Virus record (IMG/VR): IMGVR_UViG_3300020154_000003
Location: 248,001-312,000 of that record
Strand: one strand, 5' to 3'
Length of the DNA: 64,000 nt
The position numbers and the translations under genes were made by a program. This document shows, in pieces, positions 45,237-54,709 of this stretch. Every line of letters begins with the position of its first letter. Within the stretch, counting starts at the first letter, position 1. Below the pieces are notes generated by a model. The model saw nothing but the letters and a program-made list of their open reading frames with translations, was not told the origin of the DNA and searched no databases.

Positions 45237-45471
45237 ATCTTGCCAAGAAAATTTCTATTTGAATGTTAATTTGTTTAACAAGCAAAACAGTTGAAGTTAT
45301 AAATGCGATTGCAGTGTAGATCATTAAGAATATCATCACTATGGCAATAAGCCAAGTAATGAAAACACTTTTAAAAATGACTGCAAGAATCGATAAGAAA
45401 CAAAGGGCACCGAAGTGCCCAAGCATTAAAATATTACTATATTTTTCAACTTTATTGATTTTACTACCCAT
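45223..45471 (-). CDS. small membrane protein
   Basis: Two hydrophobic segments. Confidence 0.65.
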   Translation of the reverse strand: MGSKINKVEKYSNILMLGHFGALCFLSILAVIFKSVFITWLIAIVMIFLMIYTAIAFITSTVLLVKQINIQIEIFLARYVKD

Positions 45472-46201
45472 TAACTACGAGTTCGTCTTGAACTATTGGA
45501 ATAATTTGATGTCCTACGACAATTTTCTTCGTAATGATAATGTTTTTATTCCAATAATGCAACATTCCAGTCTTAGGATGTTGTAAAAAATCTATCCAAT
45601 TGCGCTGATAATGTTTTTTATACACTATACCGTTTTGTATTTTGTACTCTTTACTAGCCATCATATCCTCATTTACTGCCTCTGGAGAGGTTTTTTGAGG
45701 TTTCCAGTAATAATCACCCATTGTATCCTTAACTATCCAGTACCCCTTTATTTTTTCGTATTTGGCGATCATTTCTCCTGTCTTTTTCTCTGAAAGCTTA
45801 TGTTTTTTAGCAAATTCAAGAACGGCTTTCTTATCATAATCAATCCATACGGTATCTTTAAAATTCAGCTTGCCCGTAAAATTGTATCGCTTAGTTTTCA
45901 GATTAATCAAATCTCGGCTTACTGCTATCCATCTTAATTCATTGACTCTGGTGGTGTCGATTCTTGAGCCATCAGCAGTGATGAGTGGTGTGCTATCGGT
46001 TTGCTCAGGCACTGCATGATACACAGTACCAACTACATTCTTGTATATAATTTGATATTCGTATATCGGTACTTTTTTTGTAATTGTTACTTTAGTTTCA
46101 AATTTAACATCATTCATTTCATGTGCATCAGATGGCATGTAACCTGTCGTGACACCAGTAAGAAAGAATAATATTATTGTTAAAATTAAATTTTTTTTCA
46201 T
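45464..46201 (-). CDS. secreted 3D-domain (MltA-like double-psi barrel) protein
   Basis: Signal peptide; TVYHAVPEQTDSTPLITADG, WIAVSRDL, VKDTMG, IDFL. Confidence 0.75.
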   Translation of the reverse strand: MKKNLILTIILFFLTGVTTGYMPSDAHEMNDVKFETKVTITKKVPIYEYQIIYKNVVGTVYHAVPEQTDSTPLITADGSRIDTTRVNELRWIAVSRDLINLKTKRYNFTGKLNFKDTVWIDYDKKAVLEFAKKHKLSEKKTGEMIAKYEKIKGYWIVKDTMGDYYWKPQKTSPEAVNEDMMASKEYKIQNGIVYKKHYQRNWIDFLQHPKTGMLHYWNKNIIITKKIVVGHQIIPIVQDELVVNG

Positions 46202-46253
46202 AAACTTTTCGGTTTTTATAAATTTATTTTCGCAAAGGTAAAGTATAAATATG

Positions 46254-46280
46254 AAAAAAGGGTAGGAAATTCCCCACCCT
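46254..46280 (-). terminator. probable intrinsic terminator after patatin
   Basis: GGGTGGGGAA/TTTCCTACCC hairpin followed by Ts. Confidence 0.5.
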
Positions 46281-46334
46281 CATCTATTATCGCTTTTTCC
46301 GCGCTAAAAACAAAGAAAAAAACCTTACGTAAGT

Positions 46335-47291
46335 TTATTTTTTACCCAAATATTCTATTCTATTTACATTCTTCGCAGTTTGAAATCCTTCTCTATACCA
46401 TTCAAGCATCTGTCTTTTATCAAACATTAAACTATTATTTGTTATTTTTCTTGGTAACCAAAATACTCTGACTTTGATTCCTTTTTCTTCCGCATACTCA
46501 TCAATTTTTTTAATCAAATCTCCGTCTTTAAACTCAATATCATAACGCATAGCATCGACAGTTCTTTCAACGTTGTGTATAAAATCTTTTACGAATGGTC
46601 TTTGTTTAAATGTTTTTGGTCTCTCTCTATGCATAATAATATCAACTTCATCGCAACCAGAATCCAACACTTTATAGAATGGTGCTAATTCCGTTAAACC
46701 ACCATCTGTCCACTCACCAATATACCATCTTTGATCTTCAACATCGTACCAAGGCTTTCTATGTAATGACATAACAAAAGGAGCATTAGCTGAACACCAA
46801 ACCCAATCTTTAAAATCTTCAAAACTTTGAGTGAGCGAAGAAAAGAATTCAATCTTTGATGGATAGGCATTTATATTTACAGTCCCAACAATCACTTCCT
46901 TTTGTAATTTTTTCAACAAATTGAAATGCTCTTCAGTGAAAAATTTATCTATGGTCTTTCGCAACTGATTTGTCGTTGCCAATGTGTTCAACGTTTCCTT
47001 TCTACCGAAAAATCTCATCATCAAAACATAAAGAATTGCCATCTCATTCAATTCACCATTTTTTTTAAATGTTTTTGGTCTAAGAAATTTTCTATCGAAG
47101 ATGTCATCTTGAACCACTGATGTATATGCTTGTCTTAATACTTTAAACTCTTTAAGAGCAACCAGTGAACTCATCAATGCACCAGTTGAGATACCAGCAA
47201 CAATGTCATAATCGTTATTAAGTGCCGCTAAAGTCCCTGCACCATATGCGCCCATTGCGCCACCTCCAGAAATGATTAAACCTTTTTTCAT
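46335..47291 (-). CDS. patatin-like phospholipase
   Basis: SGGGAMG oxyanion loop, GISTG nucleophile, TDGG. Confidence 0.9.
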   Translation of the reverse strand: MKKGLIISGGGAMGAYGAGTLAALNNDYDIVAGISTGALMSSLVALKEFKVLRQAYTSVVQDDIFDRKFLRPKTFKKNGELNEMAILYVLMMRFFGRKETLNTLATTNQLRKTIDKFFTEEHFNLLKKLQKEVIVGTVNINAYPSKIEFFSSLTQSFEDFKDWVWCSANAPFVMSLHRKPWYDVEDQRWYIGEWTDGGLTELAPFYKVLDSGCDEVDIIMHRERPKTFKQRPFVKDFIHNVERTVDAMRYDIEFKDGDLIKKIDEYAEEKGIKVRVFWLPRKITNNSLMFDKRQMLEWYREGFQTAKNVNRIEYLGKK

Positions 47292-47299
47292 AAAAAAAC

Positions 47300-50200
47300 T
47301 TAAACTATATATGTCGAATTATCTACAAAAGTGCCCACCTGTAATGTAACACTTGCCGTAGGATTTTTACCATATACTGTACCAACCAATACTATATTAC
47401 CACTACCATATATTGATTCTTCAATCCCTGATGGTATGATTCGTGTACCACCTTGAATACTTATTAATCCTGCATTACAATGTAGACGTAGACCACCATG
47501 ATCACCTGCGTTTATGTTCTCGATTCTATCACAGTTAATATGCACCTTGCTACCTGCCCAACGAGTAATGATATACATTGATGGTGATTGACCCATTGTT
47601 GTTACTTCTTGTGCCTGAATAGTTAATTTACCTTGATAGTTATCAAACCAAACGGCAGGTGCAACGTTAGGGGTTGAAGTGGTACTAGTATTTATAATAC
47701 GGTTAGCTTTTATTTGCATGTTATCATCTGTCGATCCAATTGTATTAATGGAAATTGGTGTTGAAGAACCACTAATAATATTCGCGTTGACAGTTAATTT
47801 TAAAGCCCCATCCGAAGCAACACCTGACTGTCCTATATGTCTAATTGTATTCGTAGTGATATTAACAGTACCAGAAGAATTTGATGTGGTGCTAATCTCA
47901 TTAGCCACGATGTTTACTACTGCTCCAGCGTTAGTTATCGCAATTGAGCCATTGATTTTTCTAACTTTAATATTGATGAATGCTGCCGCACTAACACTAA
48001 GATTTCTAAATTCACCATCACCAAGTATTGAAAAATCAACTGCAGAAGAAACATTAAAATCAGTCAATTTTGCACCAATTAAATTAAAATCAATATAATT
48101 ATAGAAGGTTGAAAGAGTTTCACTGTAACTTCCCGGTAAAACATAAATAACACATCTGTTAGTTGAAGTTGCAACTCCTGCAGTATTCATTGCACTCAAA
48201 GCCGCAGCAACAGTTAAATATGGTTTACTTGATTTTCCAACCTCACCAGTACTATCGTTACCGTTCTTAGCAACATATACAATATTACTGTATGTAGCCA
48301 CAAGTGATGATTGTGCTACCTTACGAACTATTTTATTTGCGGAATTCCAACTAAGCAAATCATCATTACCACCACTACTTGGTGTTGTGAAGACTGCTAA
48401 TGATGGAACTGCAACAGTGTCCACATATGTTGTGCCTGTTAACTTAATTAACTGTCCACCAATGATTGCTGATCTAACGTTGCCTGAAGCAATATTATGA
48501 TTTTGTCCACCAAGGATTGCTGAATTATTAGCTAATGCTCCGTGACCTATAGTTTGGGCTGCTGTATTCTGTGAAAAGTTGAATGCGGTATTACCCAATG
48601 CGTAAACAGAACGTAATCCTGATGTTATTGGATTGATACCTAATCCGGTATTCATTCCTAAACCTTGTCCTCCAGCGAATGCGCTAGTACCGTGAGCAAA
48701 AGTTGAAAACCCAATTGCAAATCCGTTAGTACTATATGCTCTAGCACCAGTACCAAATCCAAAAGAAGTACTACCAGTTGCACTAGTGCCACCATTACCA
48801 CCTGCAATTGAAAAATTGTCCGCTAATACAGCATTCATTGCAAATGAATTCGTTTTAGCGTAACCAGTTCCTTGGCCAAAGCCAAAAGAATAATTTCCAA
48901 CCCTGATATTATTACCAAAAGAAACAGATGAAGTTCCAGAAGCAACACCACCAGAATTACCAACTACAAGTGACGATGTGCCCGCAGTACCAGTTCTACT
49001 TCCAATTGTTACCGAAACTGTTGACGGATCAAATACAAGATTGCTACTACCACCGAAACCAGTATTTGTTCTATATTGTATTGCGTTCAATGGTAATGCT
49101 GCCAATGCTCTCAGGCCAATTCTTTCAACAGCACCTGTTGATGTATTTCTTACTAGAATTTGATCAGTACTACCTGAGGCGGGTACAGCAGAAAGATTTA
49201 ATGTTGGTGTGGTAAGTACGTTTGAAACATAGGTTAATCCAGCACCACCGCCTAAAGCACCTGCATTATTTATTTGCACTTGACCATTTGAACCTGCAGG
49301 ACTGAAATTTAATTTAATAACACGATTCAATCCCACAGATGATGTGATTGTTTGAATATTACTTCCACCACTAACCATCAACACACCACTATCAGGCATC
49401 GATAAAACGCCACCACTATTTCCGTTAATGCTGAAAGAAATACCTCCACCACCTGTTGAAGATATTGTTTTACTATCAATTCCAATGACGTGACCAGCAC
49501 CATCCAATTGGATACTTTGTATTACTGTTTGTCCCGTATTATTAACATCACCCTGAGTTGAAGTGTCTGGGTGTGTCCATGCAGCACTTGAAAGAGATGA
49601 TACGTGTCCAGCATCGTCTAGTTGTACGTTTTGAATAAACGTGAAGCCTGTATTGTTAACGCTTGCTTGTGAAGACGTATCAGGGTGTGTCCATGCCGAT
49701 GTTGTAGCACCAGTTACGTGGCCAAAACCGTCAAACTTCAATTGTTGAACATAAGTTCTTCCTGTACCATTTACATTGGCTTGTGAAGATGTGTCTGCGT
49801 GAGAAAATGTGAAAGAGACTCTATTAGGAGGGATATTACCTGAAAAGACACCACCACCAGTCAAACCAACCCCGGCTGTCGCGGTAATACCACTAATAAT
49901 CTGTGGCTTATTCGTTAATTCAGTATAATCACTAACATTACTTGCGGTACTACCAGTACTTATCTGAAGTAATAAAAACTCACCAGTTGATTTATTGTAA
50001 TTGTAACGGGCAAATACGTTCGTTCCAACGTTAGGATCACCAGATGCATCTAAAACAAGTACATTCGTATTGTCGAGAATCGGTATGGTAATACCGGATG
50101 TTCCTGATGTTGGGGTTGAGCCAGTTAATGCATTACGTGAAGCTATGTTTGGCACCCTAACATCGCGTAGATCACCGATTAATGACCATTCTGAGGGTAC

Positions 50201-50341
50201 AAAAGTATCTGATGTCTCTGATTTGGCTTTATATACAAAGCCGTTATATTCGACATATTCCTTTGCCTCATATACTCTATTTTCGTGTTCCAGTAAAGCA
50301 TCTCTACCCGGAATCAACCTTAATGCACTTTTTTCTGCCAT
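47300..50341 (-). CDS. tail fibre / receptor-binding protein with probable C-terminal beta-helix
   Basis: G/S/T/N-rich; three 38-aa HxDTSxQ...DxxGHV repeats; YadA-like small repeats; VYVAKNGNDSTG...PYLTV...VLPGSY beta-helix entry motif. Confidence 0.75.
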   Translation of the reverse strand: MAEKSALRLIPGRDALLEHENRVYEAKEYVEYNGFVYKAKSETSDTFVPSEWSLIGDLRDVRVPNIASRNALTGSTPTSGTSGITIPILDNTNVLVLDASGDPNVGTNVFARYNYNKSTGEFLLLQISTGSTASNVSDYTELTNKPQIISGITATAGVGLTGGGVFSGNIPPNRVSFTFSHADTSSQANVNGTGRTYVQQLKFDGFGHVTGATTSAWTHPDTSSQASVNNTGFTFIQNVQLDDAGHVSSLSSAAWTHPDTSTQGDVNNTGQTVIQSIQLDGAGHVIGIDSKTISSTGGGGISFSINGNSGGVLSMPDSGVLMVSGGSNIQTITSSVGLNRVIKLNFSPAGSNGQVQINNAGALGGGAGLTYVSNVLTTPTLNLSAVPASGSTDQILVRNTSTGAVERIGLRALAALPLNAIQYRTNTGFGGSSNLVFDPSTVSVTIGSRTGTAGTSSLVVGNSGGVASGTSSVSFGNNIRVGNYSFGFGQGTGYAKTNSFAMNAVLADNFSIAGGNGGTSATGSTSFGFGTGARAYSTNGFAIGFSTFAHGTSAFAGGQGLGMNTGLGINPITSGLRSVYALGNTAFNFSQNTAAQTIGHGALANNSAILGGQNHNIASGNVRSAIIGGQLIKLTGTTYVDTVAVPSLAVFTTPSSGGNDDLLSWNSANKIVRKVAQSSLVATYSNIVYVAKNGNDSTGEVGKSSKPYLTVAAALSAMNTAGVATSTNRCVIYVLPGSYSETLSTFYNYIDFNLIGAKLTDFNVSSAVDFSILGDGEFRNLSVSAAAFINIKVRKINGSIAITNAGAVVNIVANEISTTSNSSGTVNITTNTIRHIGQSGVASDGALKLTVNANIISGSSTPISINTIGSTDDNMQIKANRIINTSTTSTPNVAPAVWFDNYQGKLTIQAQEVTTMGQSPSMYIITRWAGSKVHINCDRIENINAGDHGGLRLHCNAGLISIQGGTRIIPSGIEESIYGSGNIVLVGTVYGKNPTASVTLQVGTFVDNSTYIV
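49460..49804 (-). repeat. three tandem 114-nt (38-aa) repeats within the tail fibre
   Basis: Repeat His codons at 49799, 49685 and 49571 (114-nt period). Confidence 0.85.
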
Positions 50342-50408
50342 AAAAATCTCGTTTCTTTCACTATAAATACCGTGAAAGACTTCATTTTTTTAGACAAAAA
50401 GAAATTAA

Positions 50409-51533
50409 TTACCCTTGCAGACTTTCAATTATGTTTTTTGCTTCATTATAAGTAACCATTGCGTATCTTTTGTTGCCAGATACCTTGAATGCACCCAAAT
50501 GGCCTAGTTCGTTATAAAAATCTTGAATGATTCTGGATGAGTATTGAGCACCTTTGCTTTTAGTAATTAAAATTAATTTGGTCACACTAATAACGACATC
50601 ATCTGGCTGTATCTCACCATTTTTGTAGACAAGCTTCAGAAGGTATTCATATTTCTCTCTTTTCTTCAAGATGGGATCAAGTTTCGATTCAACTTCATAA
50701 AAAGACTTATGCTCATATAATTCTCTGAAAAAGATACCTGCAATAATCAACAACTCCGATCCTATTGAAATAATTAAAAATAATAGTATCGATTCAAAAT
50801 CAGCCTCTTTATTTGATTCTATTTCCTCTTTCTCGCTATTCTTCAAACCATCCAGCCTAGTAGCTAAATTTTTTTCTATCAAAGTTAGGTTATTTTGTTT
50901 TTCTTGGATGGACTTTTCATTAGCGTCAATAAGGGCATTATAATCGTTTCTAACGCTACGGTAATTGAGAGGTGTATTATCACGTTTCTCTCTTAAAACT
51001 TTGTTAGAGGCTCTCAAATCCTCAATTTCAAGCTGAATAGGCTCCTTAGACTTGATAGCTATCATAGTGAGGCTATCAGCTACTGATTTTGTGCTTTGTA
51101 TGACGATTTCATTTTTCGAACCACTAACCTTGGAGAAATTTATTCCACCATTGACAGAAAAATAAAAACTTGCACCGAAAATTAGAACACTGAACGTAAA
51201 TAAACTGATTACCGAAGTTGTAAAGAGATTGAAGGAACTCTGTATGAACTCTGCAGAGAATATTTTAAATACATTTCGTTTAACATATTCAACACCAACT
51301 AGAATGGCGATAGTTAGAAATATACCTAACAATTGAAATATGAATGAATCCGCTAAATGTTGTGAAATTGTTTCCTGTAATGCTGGATTCAATAAAAAAA
51401 ATGCAAAAAATATCGCACCTGCGTTTCCTAAAAAAGATAGCGTAAATAAACCCTTATCTAAACCTTTAAAATTGATTTCAAAACTTTTATCCCTGATTTT
51501 CGTTTTGAGTTGCTTATATTTTTGTATGTCCAT
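50409..51533 (-). CDS. multi-pass membrane protein with coiled coil
   Basis: Three N-terminal TM segments, coiled coil, fourth TM. Confidence 0.75.
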   Translation of the reverse strand: MDIQKYKQLKTKIRDKSFEINFKGLDKGLFTLSFLGNAGAIFFAFFLLNPALQETISQHLADSFIFQLLGIFLTIAILVGVEYVKRNVFKIFSAEFIQSSFNLFTTSVISLFTFSVLIFGASFYFSVNGGINFSKVSGSKNEIVIQSTKSVADSLTMIAIKSKEPIQLEIEDLRASNKVLREKRDNTPLNYRSVRNDYNALIDANEKSIQEKQNNLTLIEKNLATRLDGLKNSEKEEIESNKEADFESILLFLIISIGSELLIIAGIFFRELYEHKSFYEVESKLDPILKKREKYEYLLKLVYKNGEIQPDDVVISVTKLILITKSKGAQYSSRIIQDFYNELGHLGAFKVSGNKRYAMVTYNEAKNIIESLQG

Positions 51534-51536
51534 ATA

Positions 51537-51923
51537 TTAATCTCCGGGTTCTAAGGTATCATTCGAAATTCTTTTAAGATTTTGATCCCTTTCTTTCAGT
51601 TTTTCCATAACCAACTTATTATTGTCACGAAGCTTTTCCAAATACGGGATCAATCGATCAGCGTCTTCCGGGTTCATCAAAAAAGTATCCCAATCACCGT
51701 ATCTTGACCTATAACCAAAAATGTACTTAATGGCCACCCAAATTCTTTTAAAGAATCCATTATACTCCGTCAAATGGATCGATACATCCATACAGTCTTC
51801 ATAAATCGCACCCTCAATACCAGTAATATCCTCGCGCTCTTCTGAGCAATAAGTAAATACAATTTGATGTTCAACTGACGAACATTCACATATTAAAACT
51901 TCGGTTTTATTCATTTCGGTCAT
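51537..51923 (-). CDS. hypothetical protein
   Basis: LICECSSVEHQI...FKRIWVAIKYIFGYRSRYGDWD. Confidence 0.75.
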   Translation of the reverse strand: MTEMNKTEVLICECSSVEHQIVFTYCSEEREDITGIEGAIYEDCMDVSIHLTEYNGFFKRIWVAIKYIFGYRSRYGDWDTFLMNPEDADRLIPYLEKLRDNNKLVMEKLKERDQNLKRISNDTLEPGD

Positions 51924-52055
51924 TTTTTCAGATAGAGTACATTAAACAATGCAAATTTGTCACAAATTACAACAAATATATGCTAAAATTCGAATTGGTA
52001 CAACATTTATAGATATTTCTTCAGAAATAACATTTATAATAAATACATAAAAATT

Positions 52056-52463
52056 ATGAACTTAATTAAACACAAAACACCCCTATTTGACCTGCTTTTG
52101 AGCGATATTTTTAATGAAAATGAAACTGTCGCCAAATCATTTGAAACAGTTTATACGCCACTCGGTGACGTACTGGAAACTGACGAGCAATATCTCATAG
52201 AATTGATGCTTCCGGGCTTTACTAAAAGCGATGTGAAAATCGACCTTCAAGATAATGTGCTTACAGTAAGTGGTGAGAGAAAAAAAGGTGAAGTGAAATA
52301 TAATAGACAGGAAAGCTATTATGGTAAAATCAAAAAACTATACACCTTACCAAATCATATTAGTGTTGACGACATTAAAGCTAAATTCGAGAACGGTGTT
52401 TTAAAACTCACTATTCCGAAAGACGTTAAAAAGCTGCAAGCAAATTCAATTGAGATCGAATAA
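52056..52463 (+). CDS. Hsp20/alpha-crystallin small heat-shock protein
   Basis: DVLETDEQY.IELMLPGF.KSDV.I, LTVSGER, AKFENGVLKLTIPK. Confidence 0.92.
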   Translation: MNLIKHKTPLFDLLLSDIFNENETVAKSFETVYTPLGDVLETDEQYLIELMLPGFTKSDVKIDLQDNVLTVSGERKKGEVKYNRQESYYGKIKKLYTLPNHISVDDIKAKFENGVLKLTIPKDVKKLQANSIEIE

Positions 52464-52467
52464 AGTA

Positions 52468-52498
52468 GGAGGGGGAACACCCCTCTTTACTGTTTTTT
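52468..52498 (+). terminator. probable terminator after Hsp20
   Basis: GAGGGG-GAACA-CCCCTC followed by T-rich tract. Confidence 0.55.
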
Positions 52499-53059
52499 AA
52501 GTTTCTTATGAAGCTTGCTTTTGGTGTAGTTGATTTTATTTGAGACCGTAGAACTGGTCAAAGAGTATACTTGTCCAATTTCATTATGTGAGTAACCCTC
52601 AACATACTTCATCTTAATCATACGTTCAGATTCATGGTCAAGATCGGAGGTTATATAATTAAGTGTGTTATCTGTTGCAAATTTCTCTTCAAAATTATCC
52701 TGACAGGGTATTTCAATGAAATGATTTTTATCAATATCCTCAATCTGATTGTAAACGAAATGTTCTGTTCTATTAGAGAGTTTATTTTTAAAATTTATTG
52801 TAGTATTCTCAGCAATAGTTAAAACCCATGTTTTGAAATTTGACTTATCGGAATCGTATTCTTTCAAATTAGATAGCATCTTCACCACAGTATCCGATGT
52901 CAAATCTTCTGAATCTTCGTTTGTTAATTTGAATTTTTTCTTGATATGTTTTTTTATTTCCTCCGTATAGTAGGAATACAACTCATTATTCGCTTTGGAA
53001 TTATTATCGTTTAGTATAGAATTTAAAAGTTCTACATCTCTATCTTGTCTTGAAATCAT
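52487..53059 (-). CDS. ECF-family RNA polymerase sigma factor
   Basis: Region 2 EDLTSD..VK.......YD....NFKTWVLTIAEN; region 4 MKYVEGYSHNEIG....TVSNKINY.K.KL. Confidence 0.9.
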   Translation of the reverse strand: MISRQDRDVELLNSILNDNNSKANNELYSYYTEEIKKHIKKKFKLTNEDSEDLTSDTVVKMLSNLKEYDSDKSNFKTWVLTIAENTTINFKNKLSNRTEHFVYNQIEDIDKNHFIEIPCQDNFEEKFATDNTLNYITSDLDHESERMIKMKYVEGYSHNEIGQVYSLTSSTVSNKINYTKSKLHKKLKKQ

Positions 53060-53082
53060 TAATCATAAACACTAACTTAAAA

Positions 53083-54117
53083 TTATCTGACGCATAAAAA
53101 ATCATCGTCCACCAAATGTCTCGCTTTTTTAATTTCTGCGATGACAGCACTCACTCCATTGTTTCTTTTTAATTCGTCTAAATCATACATAACTGGTTTA
53201 CCCTTTTTATCAAGTATTACTTTACCAGTTTTGTCAACCGCTTTCACATCTAGTTTAACTATCTTAACTTTATGCTCACAATCATAATAAATTGCTTGCA
53301 GTTGGGTATATAGTTTCATTGCGTTCTTCCACGCATCGGGGTCTAAGATAACAATAATATCTGGCTTTTTCTCTTTTATCTTGAAAAAAAGTTTCTCACC
53401 CAAAACCTTACCAAGCATCGTTATTGTATTAACTGGGAAACTCAAATAATCAAATGGCCCTTCGACCAAATATACGGTTGAGTCCCAATCAATATAACCT
53501 TCATTAAAGATGATTGAGTCCTTGCTAGACTTTAAATTATCATAGGGAGGCTTCATCCATTTAAGATATGCTCTCCCCACGAAATAATTTATCCTTCCAT
53601 TCGCATCAAATGAAGGTATTATAATTCTCTTTTTATACCTGCCCTCAACACAAAACCCAATCCTGTATTTAAGTATTGTGTCATACGTCATCTGTCTATC
53701 GTAAATAAGGTAGTTATACGCCTCGACATGATCAGGATTGGATGGATTCATATCTGCAAATGATATGAACTCAGTAGGCAATTCGACGTTTTGTATGACA
53801 ATTTTTTCCTCTACATCGATCAGGGAATCGAAATTATTCTCAACGTATTCTTTATAATCTCTTTCATCCTCGAAATTTCCTTTTTCAGAGATCAAATAAG
53901 ATAGGTCGCCAGAAAAATATGGATTATCACACTTCCAACATCTAAACTTCTTTTTACGAAGATTTATTTCAAGATTAAATTTTCCATCGGGTTCAGATAA
54001 GCTTTCACTCTCCTGACACCTATGGCAATTTACTTGAATTTGTTCGTTACCTTCATTCCGAACATCATCGTAAATTCGTTTGATTATTGTGGTTAATTCA
54101 TCCCACTCGTGTTTCAT
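53083..54117 (-). CDS. DNA primase (Zn-binding + TOPRIM)
   Basis: CHRC...CWKC; RIIIPSFDANG..YFVGR; LVEGPFD; LDPDA. Confidence 0.88.
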   Translation of the reverse strand: MKHEWDELTTIIKRIYDDVRNEGNEQIQVNCHRCQESESLSEPDGKFNLEINLRKKKFRCWKCDNPYFSGDLSYLISEKGNFEDERDYKEYVENNFDSLIDVEEKIVIQNVELPTEFISFADMNPSNPDHVEAYNYLIYDRQMTYDTILKYRIGFCVEGRYKKRIIIPSFDANGRINYFVGRAYLKWMKPPYDNLKSSKDSIIFNEGYIDWDSTVYLVEGPFDYLSFPVNTITMLGKVLGEKLFFKIKEKKPDIIVILDPDAWKNAMKLYTQLQAIYYDCEHKVKIVKLDVKAVDKTGKVILDKKGKPVMYDLDELKRNNGVSAVIAEIKKARHLVDDDFLCVR

Positions 54118-54196
54118 ATATTTTAAAAAGCAAATGCTTTGACGTTAATCAAAGCATTAAAAGTACGTAAAATTCAAACAATAAACAAACTAAAAT

Positions 54197-54697
54197 TTAG
54201 CCCCAATGTTTGTACTGTACATAATCATGTAGATACGGAAATGTTTGTAAAAACATATCCAAAACTCCATTACGGAATTGCGGATTTGAGAAGGCTACCT
54301 GTTTAAAAGGTGTATTATACTTATTTCTACCAGTATAAACGTTCTCAAAGTGCTTGTACAATTCGATAACCTTTTCCTTTTCTGATTCACCAGAATCGAA
54401 CCTAGGCATATTCACCCCTCCATTGCTTCTAAGTGCGTTATTTTCTTGGGTCAAAAGAAGAATTTTATTCTCCATTTCTTCAACCTGCTGATTCAATGCA
54501 TTTAGTTGTTGTTCTAACCATCTCGAAGCCTTGTCTTCATCTGCAACAGGAGAAATCATCTCTTCAGTTGCCACTTCTTGTTGATTTTCATCCGGTTCTT
54601 CCAAACCAGTACCTTTAAGAAGGTCATTAACCTTCTTTTTCGCTTCCTTTATTTTTTCTTCGTCAACGGTGCTCACCGCAGATTTTTTTTTAGCCAT
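54197..54697 (-). CDS. hypothetical coiled-coil protein
   Basis: 166-aa ORF. Confidence 0.75.
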   Translation of the reverse strand: MAKKKSAVSTVDEEKIKEAKKKVNDLLKGTGLEEPDENQQEVATEEMISPVADEDKASRWLEQQLNALNQQVEEMENKILLLTQENNALRSNGGVNMPRFDSGESEKEKVIELYKHFENVYTGRNKYNTPFKQVAFSNPQFRNGVLDMFLQTFPYLHDYVQYKHWG

Positions 54698-54709
54698 TGT
54701 AATTATAAT

